The notes under the pieces: model-generated
Seen by the model: the letters and a program-made list of their open reading frames with translations, nothing else
Databases searched by the model: none
What the model was told of the DNA's origin: nothing
Origin: Angustibacter luteus
Lineage (GTDB): Bacteria > Actinomycetota > Actinomycetes > Actinomycetales > Angustibacteraceae
Assembly: GCF_039541115.1 (NCBI RefSeq)
Contig: NZ_BAABFP010000002.1
Location: 682,001-746,000 of the forward strand
DNA length: 64,000 bases
Direction: 5' to 3'
Shown: positions 1 through 9,837 of the stretch, piece after piece
Numbering within the stretch: the first letter of the stretch is position 1
Layout: each line of letters starts with the position of its first letter
Program-made: the position numbers and the translations under genes

Positions 1-339
1 GAGACCCTTCGCCTCGAACGCCTCGACGATCGAGCGCGCGGCCTCGGCGGTCGAGGCCAGCGGCTTCTCGATCATCACGTGCACGCCGGCGTCCGCCAGC
101 TCGAGGGCGATCTCCTCGTGCAGGCCGGTGGGCGCCGCCACGACGGCGACGTCGATGCCGTGCGCGACCACCTCCGCCACGCTGGACACCAGCGGCAGAC
201 CGCCGGCCACGGCGTGCGGGTCCCCACCCGGGTCGGCCACGGCGACGAGGTCGACGCCGTCCATCTCCCGCATCACGCGCACGTGGTGCCGGCCCATCAT
301 CCCCAGCCCGACGACGGCGCCGCGCAAGGTGGCCGGCAT
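1..339 (-). CDS. Gfo/Idh/MocA-family oxidoreductase (WbpB/WlbA-like sugar-nucleotide 3-dehydrogenase), 3' end runs off window
   Basis: Minus-strand translation from 339: MPATLRGAVVGLGMMGRHHARV...VAAPTGLHEEIALE..GVHVMIEKPLA; Rossmann motif and EKP motif; start abuts the stop of the upstream aminotransferase. Confidence 0.85.
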   Translation of the reverse strand, partial: MPATLRGAVVGLGMMGRHHVRVMREMDGVDLVAVADPGGDPHAVAGGLPLVSSVAEVVAHGIDVAVVAAPTGLHEEIALELADAGVHVMIEKPLASTAEAARSIVEAFEAKGL

Positions 340-1418
340 CAGGCGCCGGCCCGGACGACGGTGTTGACCGCGGTGACGATGGTCTCGAGGTCGTCCTGGC
401 TCAGCGAGGGGTGCACGGGCAGCGACAGCACCTCGCGCGCCGCCTGCTCGGTGACCGGCAGGTCCAGGTCGCGCTGGAAAGACGGCAACCGGTGGTTCGG
501 GATCGGGTAGTAGACCCCGGTGCCGACGCCGTGCTCCTCGCGGAGCGCCTTCGCCGCACCGTCGCGGTCGTCGGCGACCCGGATCGTGTACTGGTGGTAG
601 ACGTGCACGCAGTCCGCTGCGACCGGCGGGACCACGACCCCCTCGAGGTTGGCGTCGAAGAAGGCCGCGTTCTGCTGACGCTGAGCCGTCCACCCGTCCA
701 GCTTGGTGAGCTGCACGCGGCCTATCGCGGCGTGGATGTCGGTCATCCGGTTGTTCAGCCCGACGAGCTCGTTCTCGTACTGCTTCTCCATGCCCTGGTT
801 GCGCAGCAGCCGAACCCGCCGCTCGAGGTCGGCGTCCGCGCAGCTGACCATGCCGCCCTCACCCGACGTCATGTTCTTGGTCGGGTACAGGCTGAACATC
901 GCGAAGTCACCGAACGTGCCGACGCGCCGACCGTGGTACGAGGCGGCGTGCGCCTGCGCGGCGTCCTCGTACAGGCCCAGGCCGTGGCGGTCGGCGACGG
1001 CCTGCAGGCCGTCCATGTCCGCCGGGTGGCCGTACAGGTGCACGGGCATGATCCCCTTGGTGCGCTCGGTGACCGCCGCCTCGACGGCGGCCGGGTCGAG
1101 GCAGAACTGGTCGAGCTCGATGTCGACGAAGACCGGCGTCGCACCGGTCAGCGCGACCGAGTTGGCGGTTGCCGCGAAGGTGAAGCTGGGCACGATCACC
1201 TCGTCACCCGGCCCCACGCCGGCGGCGAGCAGGCCGAGGTGCTGGCCCGACGTCCCGGAGTTGACGGCCACGCACGTGCGCCCCTCGACGACGTGCTCGG
1301 CGAACTCCTGCTCGAATGCGGCGACCTCAGGGCCCTGTGCCACCATCCCACTGCGTAGGACGCGGTCGACCGCGGCCCGCTCCTCGTCGCCGATGATCGG
1401 CTTGGCTGCGGGAATCAT
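339..1418 (-). CDS. DegT/DnrJ/EryC1/StrS PLP aminotransferase (WbpE-like)
   Basis: MIPAAKP start; GDEVIVPSFTFAAT, PVHLYG, EDAAQAH, FSLYPTKNMTSGEGG (PLP lysine). Confidence 0.93.
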   Translation of the reverse strand: MIPAAKPIIGDEERAAVDRVLRSGMVAQGPEVAAFEQEFAEHVVEGRTCVAVNSGTSGQHLGLLAAGVGPGDEVIVPSFTFAATANSVALTGATPVFVDIELDQFCLDPAAVEAAVTERTKGIMPVHLYGHPADMDGLQAVADRHGLGLYEDAAQAHAASYHGRRVGTFGDFAMFSLYPTKNMTSGEGGMVSCADADLERRVRLLRNQGMEKQYENELVGLNNRMTDIHAAIGRVQLTKLDGWTAQRQQNAAFFDANLEGVVVPPVAADCVHVYHQYTIRVADDRDGAAKALREEHGVGTGVYYPIPNHRLPSFQRDLDLPVTEQAAREVLSLPVHPSLSQDDLETIVTAVNTVVRAGA

Positions 1419-2008
1419 GCTTCGTCCTCTTCCAGGGTGTCGTCGAGCTCGTGAAAGGTCTGACCGGTCGTGGGGCAACGCCAACCCTCGCCGTGACGCT
1501 CCAGCGGGACACCTGCCGGGCCGACCCAGGCGATGCGCCGAGCCGGCACCCCGGCCACGAGGGCGTAGTCGGGGACGTCGCGGGTCACCACGGCACCCGC
1601 CGCGACGGTCGCCCACCGACCGATGGTGACCGGCGCGATGCAGACCGCACGTGCGCCGACTGCGGCACCGTCCCCGATCGTGACGCCGACCGCCTCCCAG
1701 TCGCTGGCCAGCTTCTGCGACAGGTCCGGGTTGACGGCGCGCGGGTACTGGTCGTTCGTCAGGACCGCGGCTGGGCCGATGAACACCCCGGCACCGAGCA
1801 CCGCCGGCTCGTACACCAGCGCGTAGTTCTGGACCTTGCAGTCGTCGCCCATCACCACACCCGTGCCGATGTACGCGCCGCGACCCACGATGCACCGAGC
1901 GCCCAGGTCGGCACCTTCGCGGACCTGCGACAGGTGCCAGATCTTGCTGTCCTCACCGATCTGCGCGGAGTCCGCGACATCGGCTCCGGGGGCGATGTGA
2001 GTAGACAC
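1415..2008 (-). CDS. Hexapeptide-repeat N-acetyltransferase (WbpD/WlbB-like)
   Basis: GTG start VSTHIAPGADV; KIWHLSQVRE, TNDQYPRA, AAGAVVTRDVPDYALVAGVPARRI; C-terminal CPTTG. Confidence 0.9.
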   Translation of the reverse strand: MSTHIAPGADVADSAQIGEDSKIWHLSQVREGADLGARCIVGRGAYIGTGVVMGDDCKVQNYALVYEPAVLGAGVFIGPAAVLTNDQYPRAVNPDLSQKLASDWEAVGVTIGDGAAVGARAVCIAPVTIGRWATVAAGAVVTRDVPDYALVAGVPARRIAWVGPAGVPLERHGEGWRCPTTGQTFHELDDTLEEDEA

Positions 2009-2108
2009 CAACTGCCCTTCTTCGAGTGCGGTGGCCGCCAGCGAAGATACCAGCCGGGTCCCTTCGCGCCCTCGCCGCTGCGAGGGCGCGATCGCAAACC
2101 CTGGCACA

Positions 2109-2783
2109 ATGGCCGCCGTGCATGACACCTGGGTGGTCGTACCGCTGTTCAACGAGGAGCCGGTCATCGGTGACGTCGTCCGCGGTCTGCTCGACGTGTT
2201 CCCGAACGTCGTGTGCGTCGACGACGGCAGCTCGGACCAGTCCGCCCGCGAGGCCGAGGCGGCCGGCGCCACGACGGTCCGGCACGCGCTGAACCTGGGG
2301 CAGGGTGCGGCCCTGCAGACCGGCATCACGTACGCGCTGGCCGACCCCGCGATGGAGTACGTCGTGACGTTCGACGCCGACGGGCAGCACCAGGTCAGCG
2401 ACGCCGTGCACATGGTTCAGCGCCTGCGGGACGACGAGGCCGACGTCGTCTTCGGCTCACGCTTCCTCGACTCGCGCACCCGGCCGGGCGTCCTGAAGCG
2501 ACTGGTCCTGAAGACGGCCGTGGTCTACTCGAACGCCACCACCGGACTGCACCTGACCGACGCGCACAACGGCCTGCGCGCCCTGGACCGCAAGGTCTGC
2601 GAACAGATCGACATCCGGCAGAACCGGATGGCGCACGCATCCGAGCTGACCCAGCAGATCGCGAAGACGGGCGGGCGGATGGTCGAGCAACCGGTGCACA
2701 TCCTGTACACCGACTACAGCCGGGCCAAGGGGCAGTCCCTGCTCAACGGAGTGAACATCCTCACAGACCTGCTGTTCAAGTGA
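2109..2783 (+). CDS. GT2 glycosyltransferase, polyprenyl-phosphate sugar synthase type (PpgS/Rv3631-like)
   Basis: VVVPLFNE, VDDGSSD, NLGQGAALQTG, TFDADGQH, DAHNGLR; followed by DUF2304 gene. Confidence 0.9.
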   Translation: MAAVHDTWVVVPLFNEEPVIGDVVRGLLDVFPNVVCVDDGSSDQSAREAEAAGATTVRHALNLGQGAALQTGITYALADPAMEYVVTFDADGQHQVSDAVHMVQRLRDDEADVVFGSRFLDSRTRPGVLKRLVLKTAVVYSNATTGLHLTDAHNGLRALDRKVCEQIDIRQNRMAHASELTQQIAKTGGRMVEQPVHILYTDYSRAKGQSLLNGVNILTDLLFK

Positions 2784-2817
2784 GCCAGTCGACCACGGCA
2801 TCGAAGAGGAGCCCGGC

Positions 2818-3186
2818 ATGCTGATCATCCAGGTGGTGCTGATCATCGCCATGGTCGCCGGCGGCGCCTACCTGCTGGTGGTGAGCCCGGTCAACTCCCG
2901 CCACCTCGCCCTGCGCCGCCTGGGGCTGCTGGCGTTCGTGGTGTTCGGCACCGCCGCGATCATCGCGCCCGGGCTGACCTCCGAGATCGCCGGGTGGGTC
3001 GGCGTCGGGCGCGGCACGGACCTCTTGCTGTACCTGCTCTTCGTGGCGTTCCTCGCGTTCGTCGCGACCACCGGGCGCCGTCAGCGCCAGCTGGAGCGCC
3101 AGCTCACCGTGCTCACCCGGCGGCTCGCGCTGGACGAGGCCGGCCCGCCACCGCAGCGTCAGGCCGACGACTCCGTGCGGCGGTAG
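2818..3186 (+). CDS. DUF2304 small membrane protein (Rv3632-like partner of GT2)
   Basis: 3 hydrophobic segments, GVGRGTDLLLY motif, C-terminal coiled segment; GAGGAG RBS. Confidence 0.85.
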   Translation: MLIIQVVLIIAMVAGGAYLLVVSPVNSRHLALRRLGLLAFVVFGTAAIIAPGLTSEIAGWVGVGRGTDLLLYLLFVAFLAFVATTGRRQRQLERQLTVLTRRLALDEAGPPPQRQADDSVRR

Positions 3187-3830
3187 AGGAACAGCTCGGA
3201 GACCAGGTCGACGCCCGCCGGCGGCGCGAGCCGCTCCACGAGGTCCCACTGCGGCTGGTTGGCCGCGATCCACGGGGTGAAGGGCCGGTGCCGCTCGTGC
3301 GGGCCGTCCGGCAGGTCGCCCCGGTCGGCCGCGCAGATCACGACGAAGCGCTCGGCGCCGGCGAAGAGCCGGGTCAGGTAGTCCTCGCGAATGTCGTCCT
3401 CCACCAGGTGGAAGATCACCTCGAGCGAGAGGGCGAGGTCCGCCCGGAGCCACCCCGCCGGGTCGGCGGTCGCCCCGGGGTCGTACTGGAAGAAGCTCTT
3501 CGTCGGATCATCCGCGAACCTCGCGATGCAGGTGCGCACGGCCGTCGCCGACCGGTCGAGCCCGAGGTAGCGCGGGTAGTGGGCCAGCGAGAGCTGGTTA
3601 CCGTCACCGCAACCGAAGTCGATGACCGAGCTCACGCCGAACTGGGCCACCCAACCGTTGACCACCTCGGCCTTCCACTCGGCGTCCGCGCCGTACGACC
3701 CGGCTCCCGACGTCCCGCCGGCGGCGTACCGCTGCTCCCAGTAGCTTCCGCTGTCATGGAAGCGCCGACGCAGGATCCACTGGCCAAGGGGGGACCGCGC
3801 CGCCCTCTGGCGAACCGACTCGAGACTCAT
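3159..3830 (-). CDS. Class I SAM-dependent methyltransferase
   Basis: YWEQRY..GGTSGAGSYG, VIDFGCGDG motif I, SLEVIFHL. Confidence 0.8.
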   Translation of the reverse strand: MSLESVRQRAARSPLGQWILRRRFHDSGSYWEQRYAAGGTSGAGSYGADAEWKAEVVNGWVAQFGVSSVIDFGCGDGNQLSLAHYPRYLGLDRSATAVRTCIARFADDPTKSFFQYDPGATADPAGWLRADLALSLEVIFHLVEDDIREDYLTRLFAGAERFVVICAADRGDLPDGPHERHRPFTPWIAANQPQWDLVERLAPPAGVDLVSELFLYRRTESSA

Positions 3831-3866
3831 GGCGAAGACCTTAGTGAACGTCCGGTCCAGCACCAA

Positions 3867-5357
3867 TCACCCGGGGTCCATCATGGGGCGTCGGCGGCGT
3901 AGCAGGGGGAGCAGCACCGTGCGGACGTCGCCGGCCGAGACGGCGAGCCAGGTGCCGAGGAACACCGGGACGAGGACGACGTCCACCCACAGGGACAGGT
4001 CGACTGCCTGCCGCAGTGCGAGGAGGGCGCCGACGGCGGCTACCGCGAGCACGGTGCGAACCATCAGGGCGAGCCAGCGCTGGCCGTCCCGCCACACGAT
4101 CGCGGTCGGGACGACGGCGACCACCAGACCGGCGACGACGTTGCCCACGGCGACGCCCAGGACGCCGTGGCCGGGCACGAGCGCGAGCCAGGTGAGGATG
4201 CCCACCAGCAGGCCCCCGACGCAGGTGGCGCTGTAGATGACCATGCCGCGCTGCGAACGGGTCGTGATGGCGGTGCTCGGCACCACGGCGACCGAGACGG
4301 CCAGCACTCCCAGCAGCAGGATCGGCAGCAGCTCCTCGGCCTGGGCGTACTTGGGTCCGAAGATCAGGCCGAGCATCGGGCTGCACAGCGCCAGGGAGCC
4401 GAAGACACCGACGAGGACCAGCAGCAGCAGGCGCATCGCGTAGTCCGTCTGGCGGCGGAAGCCGATCACGTCGCCGCGCCCCCAGGACTCGGCCATGGCC
4501 GGGAACAGGACCAGGTTGAGCGAGCTCGCGAGCAGCGAGGCGGGGGTGGCGAGCGCGAGCGCCGAGGCGTACTGCCCGGCCGCGGCAGCCGAGTCAAAGA
4601 CCCGCGCCACCACCATGGACAGCTGCAGGACACCACCGCTGGCCATGCTCGCCGTGACCCCGAGCAGGACGAAACCGTCCAGCTCGCGTCTGAGCACCCG
4701 GGTTGGCCGTCCGTGCACTCCGTGCGGGTAGCCGGCCACCGTGTAGACGAGGTACGCCCCGGCGAGCGGGAGCACCAGCGCGGTCCCGCGCACGCCCGCA
4801 GCCAGCGCCACCAGCACCCCGCCCAGTCCGAGCAGCACGCTCGTCACGTCCCAGTACGTCGCCCGGGCGACCTGCCCGGCGCCGAACTGGACGCCGCGGG
4901 TGAACGCGTAACCGGAGTACCCGACCACCAGGGCCGCGACGCACAGCCCGGCCTCGACGCCGCCGTGCCCGATCGTGGCCCATCCCGCGACCGCGACCAG
5001 GGCCAGGACCGCCGTCGACGCCGCGGTGCGCCGTCCGAGGTGGGCCGCGACCACGGTGGCTTCTTCGAAGTCCCCGGCGCCCCGGGCCCGGGCCACGAAC
5101 TTGGACCCAGCCGCGCCGGCGGAGGCCGGCCACAGCAGGCTCAGGAAGAGGGCGGCGGAGATCGCGCTGTTCACCACGCCCAGCACGGCTGGGCCGCCGA
5201 TCCGGCCGATGGCGACGCTGAGGACGAAACGCAGCACACCCTGCAGGCCGATGCCGATGGTGCTCAGCACGCCACGGGCGCGCATCGAGCCGACCGTCGG
5301 CTGGTCCAACCGCAACGGCCGGAACATCGTGGCGATGGTCGCGGGGCCTGGTGTCAT
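3867..5357 (-). CDS. Polysaccharide flippase / Wzx-like MOP-superfamily exporter
   Basis: Many hydrophobic segments, AGQYASAL and LVLFPAMA motifs, glycan locus context; start uncertain. Confidence 0.75.
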   Translation of the reverse strand: MTPGPATIATMFRPLRLDQPTVGSMRARGVLSTIGIGLQGVLRFVLSVAIGRIGGPAVLGVVNSAISAALFLSLLWPASAGAAGSKFVARARGAGDFEEATVVAAHLGRRTAASTAVLALVAVAGWATIGHGGVEAGLCVAALVVGYSGYAFTRGVQFGAGQVARATYWDVTSVLLGLGGVLVALAAGVRGTALVLPLAGAYLVYTVAGYPHGVHGRPTRVLRRELDGFVLLGVTASMASGGVLQLSMVVARVFDSAAAAGQYASALALATPASLLASSLNLVLFPAMAESWGRGDVIGFRRQTDYAMRLLLLVLVGVFGSLALCSPMLGLIFGPKYAQAEELLPILLLGVLAVSVAVVPSTAITTRSQRGMVIYSATCVGGLLVGILTWLALVPGHGVLGVAVGNVVAGLVVAVVPTAIVWRDGQRWLALMVRTVLAVAAVGALLALRQAVDLSLWVDVVLVPVFLGTWLAVSAGDVRTVLLPLLRRRRPMMDPG

Positions 5358-5452
5358 CGCCGCTCATTGTGCCGTGCGGCGCCACCGGCGGGCGGCACCG
5401 GGGACACGACAGGCGCTCCGCCCGTCGATCACGGCCACCCGTCGGCGACGTC

Positions 5453-6442
5453 TCAGGCGAGGGCCGGGATGACCTCGCGCTCGAAGAGCTCGATGGCGGA
5501 GGTGTCGTGCGCCGCCTCGAAGAAGTTGGTGATGGCGTAGGTCATCCCGGCCTCCTGCAGGGCGCCCAAGCGCTCCACGAGCTGCTCGGGGGTGCCCAAC
5601 AGCTGGCCGGAACGCATCATCTCGAAGCGGCTCTCGACCTCCGCCGGCGGCACCACCGAGGACAGCCGGTCGCGGTAGAACGCCAGCCGCTCCTCGACCT
5701 CGGCCTCGTCCCGGCCGATGAAGACGTTGTAGTTCGCGCTCCGTACGATCGCGTCGAAGTCGGTGCCGACGTCCTCGCAGTGCCCGGCGAGCACCCGTGA
5801 CTTGTGGGCGAAGGTCTCGGGGTCGCCGTCGAAGTTCGTGTACTGCGCGTGCTGGGCGGCGATCCGCAGCGTCTTGCGCTCGCCGCCGCCGGCGATCCAC
5901 AACGGGATTCCGCTCTGCTGCACGGGCAGCGGCCGGCAGATCGCGCCGTCCACCTGGTAGTGCGCGCCGTCCAGGGTCGCCACACCGCTCGACCAGGCCT
6001 GCCGCATGATCTGGACGCCCTCGTCGAGCATCGCGATCCGCTCGCCGGCGCTCGGGAAGCCGTAGCCGTAGGCCCGCCACTCGTGCTCGTACCAGCCCGC
6101 GCCGATGCCCATCTCGACCCGGCCGGCACTCACGTGGTCGATGGTCGCGGCGACCTTGGCCAGGTACATCGGGTTGCGGTAGGCCATGCAGGTGCACATC
6201 TGGCCGAGCCGGACCCGGTCCGTGCACGCCGCGAACGCAGCCATCAGGGTCCACGCCTCGTGGGTGGACTCCTGGGTGGGCACCGGGACGGTGTGGAAGT
6301 GGTCGAAGACCCAGATCGACTCCCACGCCGAGGTGGCGTCGAACCGCTGGGCCAGCCGTCGCATGGTCGGCCAGTCGTCGGCGGGGTCGACCCCGACCAG
6401 GTCGAGCCGCCAGCCCTGAGGGACGAAGATACCGAATCGCAT
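5453..6442 (-). CDS. LLM-class F420-dependent oxidoreductase
   Basis: MRFGIFVPQGWRLDL, SIWVFDHFH, YRNPMYLAK, GIGAGWYEHE, IAGGGERKTL. Confidence 0.92.
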   Translation of the reverse strand: MRFGIFVPQGWRLDLVGVDPADDWPTMRRLAQRFDATSAWESIWVFDHFHTVPVPTQESTHEAWTLMAAFAACTDRVRLGQMCTCMAYRNPMYLAKVAATIDHVSAGRVEMGIGAGWYEHEWRAYGYGFPSAGERIAMLDEGVQIMRQAWSSGVATLDGAHYQVDGAICRPLPVQQSGIPLWIAGGGERKTLRIAAQHAQYTNFDGDPETFAHKSRVLAGHCEDVGTDFDAIVRSANYNVFIGRDEAEVEERLAFYRDRLSSVVPPAEVESRFEMMRSGQLLGTPEQLVERLGALQEAGMTYAITNFFEAAHDTSAIELFEREVIPALA

Positions 6443-6499
6443 ACTCGGAAGCCTAGAACCGTAACCTAGCCGTCGCGCGCGCTGCCTATGCTTGCTCGC

Positions 6500-7846
6500 A
6501 TGTCGCTGAACCTCTCTGTCATCGGAACCGGCTACCTCGGGGTCGTGCACGCCGCCGCGATGGTCCAGCTCGGCCACACGGTCGTGGCGGTGGACGTGGA
6601 CGAGGCCAAGATCACCCAGCTGTCCGCCGGCAAGGCCCCGATCTACGAGCCGGGGCTCCCCGAGCTGCTGGCGGCGGCCCTGGCCACCGGGCGACTCACC
6701 TTCACCACGGACTACGGCCGCGCGGCGGACGCCCACGTGCACTTCGTCTGCGTCGGGACGCCGCAGCGCCCGGGTGAGAACGCGGCCGACCTGCGGTACG
6801 TCGACGCCTCGTTCGAGGAGCTGGCCAAGCACCTGCACGGGCCGACGCTGGTCGTGGGCAAGTCGACCGTCCCGGTGGGGACGGCCCAGCGGCTCGACGA
6901 GATGCTTCGCGCCAAGGCGCCGGGCGGGCCCGACGTCACCCTGGCGTGGAACCCCGAGTTCCTGCGCGAGGGCTTCGCGGTCAAGGACACGCTGCACCCC
7001 GACCGCCTGGTCTACGGCGTCGAGGCCGGCCCCCGCGGCGAGCGGGCCAAGGCGCTGCTGGACGAGGTGTACGCCGCGACGATCGCGGACGGCACCCCGG
7101 TCGTGGTCACCGACTTCGCGACCGCCGAGCTCGTGAAGGCCTCGGCGAACGCGTTCCTGGCCACCAAGATCTCCTTCATCAACGCGATGTCCGAGGTGTG
7201 CGAGGCGGCTGGCGCGGACGTCGTCTCGCTGGCCGAGGCGATCGGGCACGACGACCGGATCGGGGCCAAGTTCCTCGGGGCCGGCATCGGGTTCGGCGGT
7301 GGCTGCCTGCCCAAGGACATCCGGGCGTTCATGGCCCGCGCCGGCGAGCTCGGCGCCGACCAGGCCCTGACGTTCCTGCGCGAGGTGGACGCGATCAACA
7401 TGCGTCGCCGCTCGCGGATGGTGGACATCGCCCGCGAGCAGTGCGACGGCTCGTTCATCGGCAAGCGGGTCGCGGTGCTCGGCGCGGCGTTCAAGCCGGA
7501 CAGCGACGACATCCGCGACTCCCCCGCGCTGTCGGTCGCCGCGCAGGTCCGGCTGCAGGGCGCGCACGTCACGGTGCACGACCCGCAGGCGATGGACAAC
7601 GCGCGCAGCAAGTGGCCGGACCTGTCCTACGCGGACTCCGCCCTTGAGGCCCTGCAGGGCGCGCACGTCGTGCTGCACCTGACCGAGTGGCAGGAGTACC
7701 GCGAGCTCGACCCGAAGGTCGCCGCCGAGCACGTCGCCCAGCGCCGGGTCGTGGACGGTCGCAACAAGCTGGACGTCGCGCGCTGGACGGCCGCCGGGTG
7801 GACGCTGCGTGCCCTCGGCCGTCCCACCGCCCTGGCCACCGGGTAA
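6500..7846 (+). CDS. ugd: UDP-glucose/GDP-mannose 6-dehydrogenase
   Basis: VIGTGYLG, GKSTVPVGT, NPEFLREG, GFGGGCLPKD (catalytic Cys), AFKPDSDDIRDSP. Confidence 0.93.
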   Translation: MSLNLSVIGTGYLGVVHAAAMVQLGHTVVAVDVDEAKITQLSAGKAPIYEPGLPELLAAALATGRLTFTTDYGRAADAHVHFVCVGTPQRPGENAADLRYVDASFEELAKHLHGPTLVVGKSTVPVGTAQRLDEMLRAKAPGGPDVTLAWNPEFLREGFAVKDTLHPDRLVYGVEAGPRGERAKALLDEVYAATIADGTPVVVTDFATAELVKASANAFLATKISFINAMSEVCEAAGADVVSLAEAIGHDDRIGAKFLGAGIGFGGGCLPKDIRAFMARAGELGADQALTFLREVDAINMRRRSRMVDIAREQCDGSFIGKRVAVLGAAFKPDSDDIRDSPALSVAAQVRLQGAHVTVHDPQAMDNARSKWPDLSYADSALEALQGAHVVLHLTEWQEYRELDPKVAAEHVAQRRVVDGRNKLDVARWTAAGWTLRALGRPTALATG

Positions 7847-7849
7847 CCG

Positions 7850-8296
7850 GTGAGCCACGCCAACGACCCGGACGTCGTCCGTCGGCTGCTCAGCACGCCG
7901 GCCACCTGGGCGGTGGTCGGGTTGTCGGCGAACACCTCACGCACGGCGTACGGGGTGTCGTCCTGGCTCGTCGACCGGCTGGGGCTGCGCGTGGTCCCGG
8001 TGAACCCCCGTGGTGAGAGCGCCTTCGGCGAGGCCGGCTACCGGCACCTGTCGGACCTGCCGGACCCGGCGCCCGGCGAGCACGTCGCCGTCGTGGACTG
8101 CTTCGTGAACAGCCGGCGGGTCGGTGAGGTGGTGGACGAGGCGATCGCCCAGCGCGACCGGCTCGGCATCGAGGCCGTCTGGCTGCAGCTGGGGGTCGTC
8201 GACGAGGCGGCGGCGGCGCGCGCCACGGCCGCCGGGCTGGACGTCGTGATGGACACCTGCCCGAAGATCGAGTTCCCGACCCTCGGCCTGGGCTGA
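7850..8296 (+). CDS. CoA-binding domain protein (YccU-like)
   Basis: WAVVGLS, PVNP, VDCFVNS, VWLQLGV, VVMDTCPKIE. Confidence 0.88.
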   Translation: MSHANDPDVVRRLLSTPATWAVVGLSANTSRTAYGVSSWLVDRLGLRVVPVNPRGESAFGEAGYRHLSDLPDPAPGEHVAVVDCFVNSRRVGEVVDEAIAQRDRLGIEAVWLQLGVVDEAAAARATAAGLDVVMDTCPKIEFPTLGLG

Positions 8297-8319
8297 CCCC
8301 ACCGCCCCCCCACCCCCCG

Positions 8320-8389
8320 CCGCGGTGATCATGCACGTTCGCCCCATCGGCGCAGGCCGGGGCGGGGCGAACGTGCATGATCACCGCGG
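8320..8389. repeat. REP/MITE-like palindrome, family A copy 1 (possible bidirectional terminator)
   Basis: Perfect 26-bp inverted repeat CCGCGGTGATCATGCACGTTCGCCCC (8320-8345 / 8364-8389), C-rich left and G-rich right flanks, between convergent genes. Confidence 0.9.
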
Positions 8390-8406
8390 GTGGGGGGTGG
8401 TGGGGG

Positions 8407-9837
8407 TCAGCGGGCGTGGGAGTGCTGGTCCTGGCCCGTGGCCCGGCGGTAGGCGTCGAAGCCGGTGTACGTCTGCCCGGACCAGCCGAGCTCGAGCTGC
8501 TGGGCGCCGGCGCCGACGGCACTGAAGGTGTTGTGGTCGCTGACGTCGCCGTGCGCGACGCCTCCCGGCACGGTGCCGTAGACGGCGTGCGCGCTGTTGG
8601 TGGCCACGATCGTGTTGTGCCGGAAGGTGTTTCGCGACGCGTGGTACTGCACGAGCAGCTCGGGGGAGCCGTCGTCCAGGCGGTTGTTGCCGCGCAACCG
8701 GTTGCCGTCGAAGACGTTGTCGTGGGATGAGCCGGTCTGCTCCCCGCCGCAGTCGTCCGAGCCGTCGCAGTAGCCGCCGGTGGCGATGCCGGTGAACAGG
8801 CTGCCGGTGATCACGTTGCGGCTCACCCGCACGTGGTCGGCCGCGCCCCGCGCGTTCTCGGCCGCGACCTCGATACCGATGTCGCTGTCGGACACCCGGT
8901 TGCCCCGCACGGCGATGCGCGTCCCACCGTCCACGTAGATGCCGTCCGCGCAGTTGCACCAGGCCGCGTCGCCGGTGCCGCCCTCCCAGTAGGCGGGGTT
9001 CCCGCGGGACCGGATGCGGGCCACCGTGTTGTCGGCGATCACGCCGTTCCGGGCCCGGTTGAGCGTCGAGTAGCGGGCGGCGCCCGCCAGCGTCTCCTCG
9101 TAGCCGATGGCGTCGATCCCGATGTTGTCGTTGTCGTGGATGTGGTTGCGGGCGATCGTCCAGCCGTCGACGTTGCCGTTCACGACGACGCTCTCGCTGG
9201 CTCCCAGGTGCAGGTGGTCGACCTCGTTCCCCACGATCGACAGGCCCGTCACCGAGCCGTGCGGGTCGTCGCCGTACACGGCGATGCCGTGCGCGTTGAT
9301 GTCGAAGCTGCCGAGCGTGCCGTTGTCGTTGCCCAGGTCGTGCACGCGGTTGCCCTCGATGCGGATCGCGCGGTCGTGGCCGTGCACGAAGATGCCAGCC
9401 GGCGTGACGTCGAGCTGGTCGGTGCGGTAGCCGGTCAGACCCAGCCCGCGGACGGTGACGTGGCTGCTGTCCGCGATCTCGACGAGCGCCGTCAGCCCGG
9501 GCGGTGGCACGAGGCCGGCGCCGGACAGGACCGGCCGCTCCTGCCGGTACGGCGAGAGGCTCACGTCGTGCACGCCGACCAGCCGCACCCGCTGGTGGTA
9601 TGTCCCACCCCGCAGCTCGACCCGCCCGCCCTGCTGGAGCCGGTGCACCGCGACCTGGATGGTGCGCAGCGGATGGGCCGCCGTCCCGGCGGCGCGGTCC
9701 GAGCCGGTCGGCGAGACGACCAGGACCCTGGACGACGCGGATGGCCCGGACGGCTGCGCGCTCGGCTGGGCGACAGCCGGCGGCGCGCCGGCCAACAGGC
9801 AGGAGGCGGTCAGGGCGAGTGCGGTGGCGACCCTCAT
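8407..9837 (-). CDS. Secreted right-handed parallel beta-helix repeat protein (possible glycan-active enzyme)
   Basis: Signal peptide MRVATALALTASCLLAGAPPAVA; GSDRAAGTAAHPLRTIQ; repeated I.GN.(V/I)HD / GI.V motifs. Confidence 0.8.
   Translation of the reverse strand: MRVATALALTASCLLAGAPPAVAQPSAQPSGPSASSRVLVVSPTGSDRAAGTAAHPLRTIQVAVHRLQQGGRVELRGGTYHQRVRLVGVHDVSLSPYRQERPVLSGAGLVPPPGLTALVEIADSSHVTVRGLGLTGYRTDQLDVTPAGIFVHGHDRAIRIEGNRVHDLGNDNGTLGSFDINAHGIAVYGDDPHGSVTGLSIVGNEVDHLHLGASESVVVNGNVDGWTIARNHIHDNDNIGIDAIGYEETLAGAARYSTLNRARNGVIADNTVARIRSRGNPAYWEGGTGDAAWCNCADGIYVDGGTRIAVRGNRVSDSDIGIEVAAENARGAADHVRVSRNVITGSLFTGIATGGYCDGSDDCGGEQTGSSHDNVFDGNRLRGNNRLDDGSPELLVQYHASRNTFRHNTIVATNSAHAVYGTVPGGVAHGDVSDHNTFSAVGAGAQQLELGWSGQTYTGFDAYRRATGQDQHSHAR

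Noticed and set aside
3159..3186. 28-bp convergent overlap of DUF2304 and methyltransferase genes
   Set aside because: Short tail-to-tail overlaps are common in high-GC genomes.
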